The position numbers and the translations under genes were made by a program. From NCBI GenBank assembly GCA_025839675.1, contig CP104013.1:4980001-5012000 (forward strand): a stretch of 32,000 bases of DNA. The letters run 5' to 3'. This DNA is from Candidatus Lokiarchaeum ossiferum (GTDB taxonomy: Archaea; Asgardarchaeota; Lokiarchaeia; Sigyniarchaeales; Promethearchaeaceae). The stretch's first letter is position 1; each line of letters starts with the position of its first letter. Of the stretch, positions 27,244 to 32,000 are shown one piece after another. The notes beneath the pieces are model-generated. The model ran no database searches. It saw nothing but the letters and a program-made list of their open reading frames with translations, and was not told the origin of the DNA.

Positions 27244-28494
27244 TCAATTTTTGAATTTCTTTTCTCCTTCATTTGTTTTCCATTCTTGAAACGAATTATC
27301 AAGTTTTTCTAAAAATTCCTCAAGATTGTTTTTATCAATTGTACCTGGATAGTTGTTTTTTGGACCCGGTTTATTATTTTTCACGATAATGCGTGCAAAG
27401 AGAGAAATAAAGATAAGTAAGCCTATTGAACCTAATACAATGAATATAACAGTGTTTTCAGAAATAATCGAGGTGCCCGAAGAATTACTATCCAGATTCG
27501 TCTGACTGGATGAAGTGGAACTTTCTCCATCCGAATTTTCTGAAATGGGGTTTTGGGGATCAGATGTAGAAGTTGTATATGTTGTAGATGTTGGGGTTGT
27601 CCAAGTTGTATCATATCCATTTCTATCATAGAACTCTTGTGAGAAATAAAACTCATTTAAACTTATATTATGAAATATATTATCTACCAAATTTACGTCT
27701 GAACTATCACCAAAATAAATCCCGTAATCTGATAAAGAAATCATATTTCTTTGTATCAAATGATCTGAGTCGCAGACTATAATACCACGTTCTCGATTAT
27801 TGTATATCACATTATCTTGTATAATATGGTTCGTTCCACTAAGTAAAATGCCGCAATATGGGTTGTTAGATATATAATTATTGCTTATGGTACAATATAT
27901 GGATGTCCCTATACCAATTCCATAGTTTAGGTTATTAGAAACATTGCTATTTGATATTGTTATAAATTTGGAATTAGATATCCACATTCCTCCATGTGGA
28001 CCATTTTCTAATATATTATAGGAAAAAACACAGTTCTCTGAAAAAAAAGTCCAAATACAATGTTCTTTTGAATCATTTATCAATGTATTTTCCACTTTTA
28101 TATTTTTTGAATTCCAGATTTTAATTCCTGTCATCGAATTCAAAACTGTGCAATTTTTAATAATTCCATAGGCCGTCGAGCTATTAATAAATATACCATC
28201 TGATCCATTTCCATCTATAATCAAATCTGAAATCATATAAGGATTTTCAAAAGTTCCTAATCCTGAGGCTTCACAATAGATGCTCCAATTATTTCCATCA
28301 ATACTTATGGGTGGATGAGTATTTCCTGCTATTGGAGAGTGGATATGGAATGTTTCAGAATTCTTGAATGGCTCTGTTTTAGAATTACTTTGGGTCAAAT
28401 TGATTGATGATCTTATCGAGAAAATCGATAATATTACTAAAAATGAAATGATCACAGGTTTCAAAAATTTATTTTGCATCTTCAGAAGTATCAT
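27244..28494 (-). CDS. Membrane-anchored right-handed beta-helix (PbH1/NosD-like) surface protein B with Ser/Thr-rich stalk, TM helix and 45-aa cytoplasmic tail
   Basis: 416 aa. The signal anchor is PVIISFLVILSIFSI. PbH1-like repeats are present (NCTVLNSMTGIKIWNSKNIKVENTLI...). The stalk is TTWTTPTSTTYTTSTSDPQNPISENSDGESSTSSSQTNLDSNSSGTS, the TM helix is VIFIVLGSIGLLIFISLFARIIV, and the tail ends LEEFLEKLDNSFQEWKTNEGEKKFKN. Confidence 0.8.
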   Translation of the reverse strand: MILLKMQNKFLKPVIISFLVILSIFSIRSSINLTQSNSKTEPFKNSETFHIHSPIAGNTHPPISIDGNNWSIYCEASGLGTFENPYMISDLIIDGNGSDGIFINSSTAYGIIKNCTVLNSMTGIKIWNSKNIKVENTLINDSKEHCIWTFFSENCVFSYNILENGPHGGMWISNSKFITISNSNVSNNLNYGIGIGTSIYCTISNNYISNNPYCGILLSGTNHIIQDNVIYNNRERGIIVCDSDHLIQRNMISLSDYGIYFGDSSDVNLVDNIFHNISLNEFYFSQEFYDRNGYDTTWTTPTSTTYTTSTSDPQNPISENSDGESSTSSSQTNLDSNSSGTSIISENTVIFIVLGSIGLLIFISLFARIIVKNNKPGPKNNYPGTIDKNNLEEFLEKLDNSFQEWKTNEGEKKFKN

Positions 28495-28698
28495 TGAGTT
28501 TTACCTTAAAAAATTAATCATGATCATGCCTTAATTTCCTATTTGTTGAGTAGAGTTATTCATGATTTCTCCCATTCATTATCGCTCCAATTATCCTAAA
28601 AGAAAATTTTTAAGTAATTGGTTTAATTTAAGCAATAATTAAATCCAAAGTATAATTATGAATCTTAATATCATAACATAATGGTTTAATTTTTCAAT

Positions 28699-29733
28699 AT
28701 GTCTCAAAATGGCTCAAAAAATATTGATATTTCTGTAATTATTGTTGCTTTTGGTTTTCCAGATGCAAAATTAAAAAAAACCCTCGCCAATATTACAAAT
28801 CAATCTTATTCAAGTTATGAAATTGTGCTGATATGGGCAAAATTTCCAAAAACCCTTGATATTAATCAATATTTTAAATCCAACTCCATTAATTCTTCGA
28901 AAATTCAATTTCATCATTTTGAAGAAAATCTTGGATATGCTAAAGGAAATAACCTCGGGTCAAAATTTGCCAAAGGAGACAAAATTGTTATCATGAATCC
29001 CGATGTTGAAACGCTTCCAGCATTCCTCACAGAAATGGTACATACTTTTGCATACCTTCAAAAACTAAATCGAACGGATAAAATTGTTTTAAATCCCCGT
29101 ATCTGTAATAGGTTCGGGAATATTGAATTTGCTAAAATATACTTGAACTTTTTAGGTTTCTCCAATAATAATTTTCCAATGTCTGATAAAATCCAAAGGA
29201 CGATGATCTCTTCTGGATGCACATTTTTAATTTCCAAACGTTGTTTTCACCACTTTCATGGATTTGATGAATCTTATTTTATGTATCATGAAGATACGGA
29301 TTTATCCTACCGTTTACAAAAAGCGGGATTTAAACTTTATGTGGATAATAATATCCCCGTTTGGCATCTAAAAACTGATTATGAATATAAAATGACCGAC
29401 TTTAAATTCTTTTATTGGGAACGAAATCGCTTAAAATTCACGCTTGAAAACGCCTCTAACTTGAAACGGTTACTTCTCTGTCAACTGTTATTGGAACCCT
29501 TGATGTTCGTGTATGCACTTAAAGCTGGACTGATAAAACAAAAATTTATGATTTACAAATACTTCATTCGTAATTTTCTTTTACTTAATCACAAGAATCA
29601 TAAAGGAGTTCTGAATTCCTATGAAAATTACTCTTCTATGGAAGGAATTATCAATGAAGTCCCTCCAAAATCCATTGTGTATCGATCAATTAAATTCTAT
29701 GTGAAATTGCTATTTTATTTATATCATTCATAA
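28699..29733 (+). CDS. Family 2 glycosyltransferase B (COG1216 / WbbL-GlfT-like), paralog of 5300..6316
   Basis: 344 aa. Blocks shared with GT2 A: YEIVL(V/I)W, FEENLG, NPDVE, PRICN, NFLGFSN, RTMI(T/S)SGC, HGFDE(E/S)YFMYHED, SMEGI(F/I)NEV and the terminal KLLFYLY. Confidence 0.85.
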   Translation: MSQNGSKNIDISVIIVAFGFPDAKLKKTLANITNQSYSSYEIVLIWAKFPKTLDINQYFKSNSINSSKIQFHHFEENLGYAKGNNLGSKFAKGDKIVIMNPDVETLPAFLTEMVHTFAYLQKLNRTDKIVLNPRICNRFGNIEFAKIYLNFLGFSNNNFPMSDKIQRTMISSGCTFLISKRCFHHFHGFDESYFMYHEDTDLSYRLQKAGFKLYVDNNIPVWHLKTDYEYKMTDFKFFYWERNRLKFTLENASNLKRLLLCQLLLEPLMFVYALKAGLIKQKFMIYKYFIRNFLLLNHKNHKGVLNSYENYSSMEGIINEVPPKSIVYRSIKFYVKLLFYLYHS

Positions 29734-29825
29734 ATCATGGAATCCTTATTTTTCATAGATTACTAAGTCTTTTCCCATCATCAAATTTTATTCTCTGTTT
29801 AAGATGGGAATATACTTACAAAAAT

Positions 29826-30941
29826 ATGGGTCTTCTTATGAAAATTGCGTTTCTTTCGTATTTTTATCTCGGATTGGATAATTTCGGAGCCAGCACTTAT
29901 GTGCAGAAGTATTTAAATGTTCTTTCGCGTATGAACAATGTTTCAATTGATTTTTATTGTCCGTATCCTATCCAATCGTTTAAAAAAATTAAAAATGTGC
30001 ATTATATCTATATCAAAACCCTTAATATTCCTTTTATTCGATTCTTTCAGTTTGCTTTCAAAATATCTCAATTGCTTAAGCTCAGAAAGTATGATATCGT
30101 TCATTCCAGTTCAGGGGCGGGAATGTTTGTCAAAAATGTGGATTTTGAAACATTTTATCATTACGAACCATTTTCGATCCCTAACTTCAATGCGTGGATT
30201 GGTTATACCCTATCGCGTGTCAGTTTGAAACGAAGCCGCCATATTTTTGCAATCTCAGAACAATCAGTAACAGAACTAATTCAATTTGAAAATCGTCGCC
30301 GTGAGCTGATTTCTATTATAACAAATCCAATTGATTGCATGATTTTCAATCAAAATCATAATTTTTCTACCAAAAAGAAGGAAATACTGAAAGGAAAAGA
30401 CGAAAAATTGATTCTTTCGGTTGGTCTTTTAATTAATCGGAAAAATCCCTTTTTGCTCATAAAAACTCTCGATTACATCATAAAAAAAGGAATTAATGCA
30501 AAATTACTTATTATTGGCAACGGTCCTCTAAAACAAAAAATGATTCTTGCTGCTAATGAGAAAAAAATTCTCGATAATATCATTTTTATACATTCTACGG
30601 GAGAAATTTACCCTTATTATTGCATGGCAGATCTCCTGCTCACTCCCAGCAAAAAAGAAGGATTTGGGTTCCTCTATCTGGAAGGACCTGCTTGTGGATG
30701 CAAATTTGTCGGATTTCCTACGGGAATATCTCCCGTTGCTGCTAAAAAAAATTTGGGCATTGTTGTGAATGATGAAGTGTCGTTTATGGAATCTGCACAT
30801 CAAATATTGCTTTCTGGGGACCGAACCGGTCAAGAAGAGTTTAATTTCATCTATAATAATTTTTCCATGGAAAAATTTGGAAAAAGACTGATTTCCAGTT
30901 ATCAGAAATATTTAAATATAAGAGATGGTCGAAAATTTTAA
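29826..30941 (+). CDS. GT4-family (group 1) glycosyltransferase
   Basis: 371 aa. PSKKEGFGFLYLEGPACGCKFVGFPTG contains EX7E. The alternative start at 29838 (MKIAFLSYFY) looks more typical of the family. Confidence 0.8.
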   Translation: MGLLMKIAFLSYFYLGLDNFGASTYVQKYLNVLSRMNNVSIDFYCPYPIQSFKKIKNVHYIYIKTLNIPFIRFFQFAFKISQLLKLRKYDIVHSSSGAGMFVKNVDFETFYHYEPFSIPNFNAWIGYTLSRVSLKRSRHIFAISEQSVTELIQFENRRRELISIITNPIDCMIFNQNHNFSTKKKEILKGKDEKLILSVGLLINRKNPFLLIKTLDYIIKKGINAKLLIIGNGPLKQKMILAANEKKILDNIIFIHSTGEIYPYYCMADLLLTPSKKEGFGFLYLEGPACGCKFVGFPTGISPVAAKKNLGIVVNDEVSFMESAHQILLSGDRTGQEEFNFIYNNFSMEKFGKRLISSYQKYLNIRDGRKF

Positions 30942-31138
30942 TTTATTGTTAAAAATCTGACTCCACCTATCATTTAGTGATTTGCATTTGAAATTCCTGT
31001 TAGAATTGTGATTTGTTTATTAACGACATTTTTTGTGACGCTACTTCTTAAATGTATGTTAAATTTTTCTTTGTATCTCATTTTAGTACTGATTAAGCTG
31101 AAAATTTAAGAAGCGTGAAGATTTTACTCACAATATAG

Positions 31139-31876
31139 ATGTTGCAAAAGTTTTTCAAACGTTTTGAAATTAAATATCAAATTTCTTTGCAAGAACGGGA
31201 TAACTTCATTGCTCATATCAAACCTTTCATGCATCTTGATTCACATACTTCCAATAATTTTTCTTATGAGGTAAGGAGTTTATATTTTGATTCACGCACA
31301 CATCATTCTTATTTTCAAAAAAATAATGGAACCAGCTATCGAAAAAAACTTCGAATTCGATATTATCCCGATTTTCAATCAATCGATGGAGAAACGGTTT
31401 TTATAGAGATAAAGAAAAAAAATAACGAAAATGTATCTAAGTCGAGAATAGTGGTTCCATTTGCTGATGCCATGAAAATTATTGATAATCACTCTCAAGA
31501 ATCACAAATTTTTTATCAAAATTCTTCAATTCAAGATAAGCGAACCCTTTCTGAAATTTGGCTCTTAGTTAAAAAACATGCTTTAACACCCGTCTGTGTA
31601 GTAAGTTACAAACGACAAGCATTTGTAGGATTAGTAGAGTCACGTTTTAGGTTGACATTCGATACAAATATAAAAGTACGAAAACAGAATTATGACCTTC
31701 ATAATGGGCATGGGATAAGTATCCTTTCTAAAAATGTTAGCGTGATGGAGATCAAATTTAACAATATCATTCCCCATTGGGCTATACGAATCGTTCAACG
31801 AAATAACCTCATACAACAAAAAATCTCAAAGTTTGCAAAGGGAATAAAAAAATCACGAAATTATTACCTAAACTGA
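31139..31876 (+). CDS. VTC domain-containing protein (polyphosphate polymerase-like, CYTH/triphosphate tunnel fold)
   Basis: 245 aa. FERFEIKYQIS..., YEVRSLYFDSRTHHSYFQKNNGTSYRKKLRIRYY and VFIEIKKKNNENVSKSRIVV follow the VTC-domain pattern (RxExKY, SxYFD, RxKxRxRxY, xExKxK). Confidence 0.75.
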   Translation: MLQKFFKRFEIKYQISLQERDNFIAHIKPFMHLDSHTSNNFSYEVRSLYFDSRTHHSYFQKNNGTSYRKKLRIRYYPDFQSIDGETVFIEIKKKNNENVSKSRIVVPFADAMKIIDNHSQESQIFYQNSSIQDKRTLSEIWLLVKKHALTPVCVVSYKRQAFVGLVESRFRLTFDTNIKVRKQNYDLHNGHGISILSKNVSVMEIKFNNIIPHWAIRIVQRNNLIQQKISKFAKGIKKSRNYYLN

Positions 31877-31897
31877 AATAAATCAAAGTGTCATAAA

Positions 31898-32000
31898 ATG
31901 AAAATTAAAGATAATAATTTCTTTGAATCCCAAATTAATTTTCAAAATCGGGTACCTTTATCAAAACAAAAAAAGGATTTCATTACTTTTGTTGTTATCT
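31898..32000 (+). CDS. Partial CDS (first 34 codons, runs off the window end), unknown. Possibly the membrane partner commonly found next to prokaryotic VTC genes
   Basis: Not in the ORF track. The ATG at 31898 lies 22 nt after the VTC stop and the frame is open to the window end: MKIKDNNFFESQINFQNRVPLSKQKKDFITFVVI, with a hydrophobic run beginning at the end. Confidence 0.3.
   Translation, partial: MKIKDNNFFESQINFQNRVPLSKQKKDFITFVVI

Noticed and set aside
27244-27440. PGF-CTERM/archaeosortase or sortase-type C-terminal sorting signal on the beta-helix proteins.
   Set aside because: The TM helix is followed by 45 aa (B) or about 170 aa (A) of hydrophilic tail, not a few basic residues. No PGF or LPxTG motif precedes it.
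896-30833. About 20 short ORFs (61-101 aa) from the six-frame track lie inside or antisense to the large genes. Examples: 896..1087, 2812..3054, 4417..4605, 6536..6739, 8117..8305, 10652..10852, 11056..11250, 12569..12757, 15064..15291, 18999..19184, 19669..19881, 21345..21548, 26162..26368, 26380..26598, 27432..27656, 27588..27782, 29938..30228, 30528..30833, 30547..30768.
   Set aside because: Each is fully nested in, or overlaps, a much longer ORF with recognisable motifs. Their translations are low-complexity (I/L/F/K/N-rich) with no motifs. Shadow ORFs of this size are expected in AT-rich DNA with few stop codons on the antisense strand.
1-32000. Assigning the contig to a specific lineage (e.g. 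an Asgard/Loki-type archaeon) from AT-richness, the surface-protein architecture and the eukaryote-like GT families.
   Set aside because: There is no marker gene, rRNA or tRNA in the window. Composition and domain architecture are suggestive only, and Shine-Dalgarno-like sequences are inconsistent: present before wzt and possibly the giant A gene, absent elsewhere.

Overview
The window is visibly very AT-rich and almost entirely coding. It is a surface-glycan / surface-protein glycosylation island with no rRNA, tRNA or CRISPR. The source cannot be assigned from sequence alone. The surface-protein architecture (signal anchor, beta-helix, Ser/Thr stalk, TM, cytoplasmic tail) looks archaeal.

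Core (about 9.0-21.5 kb): a galactofuranose-type polysaccharide locus.
- UDP-galactopyranose mutase (glf) and UDP-glucose 4-epimerase (galE).
- A Wzm/Wzt-type ABC-2 exporter.
- Three mosaic paralogous GT4 glycosyltransferases and one further GT4.
- A GT90/CAP10-like enzyme and an exostosin-like putative GT.
- An uncharacterised ORF translationally coupled to glf.

Flanks: the most unusual feature is two diverged, rearranged copies of one gene set, at 414-8375 and 23301-30941. Each copy has:
- an orphan polytopic membrane protein of about 1,230-1,250 aa with a large extracytoplasmic domain;
- a COG1216-type GT2;
- a GT-B glycosyltransferase;
- a membrane-anchored right-handed beta-helix surface protein with a Ser/Thr-rich stalk and a conserved cytoplasmic tail motif.

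I propose, as inference only, that these are dedicated surface-protein glycosylation modules, with the giant proteins as candidate GT-C-like transferases or oligosaccharyltransferases.

Other content:
- A decayed IS4-like insertion sequence (21839-23274) lies between the core and the right module.
- The left edge carries a partial Wzx-like flippase gene.
- The right edge carries a VTC (polyphosphate polymerase-like) domain gene.

All functional calls rest on motifs read by eye. No database search was possible.
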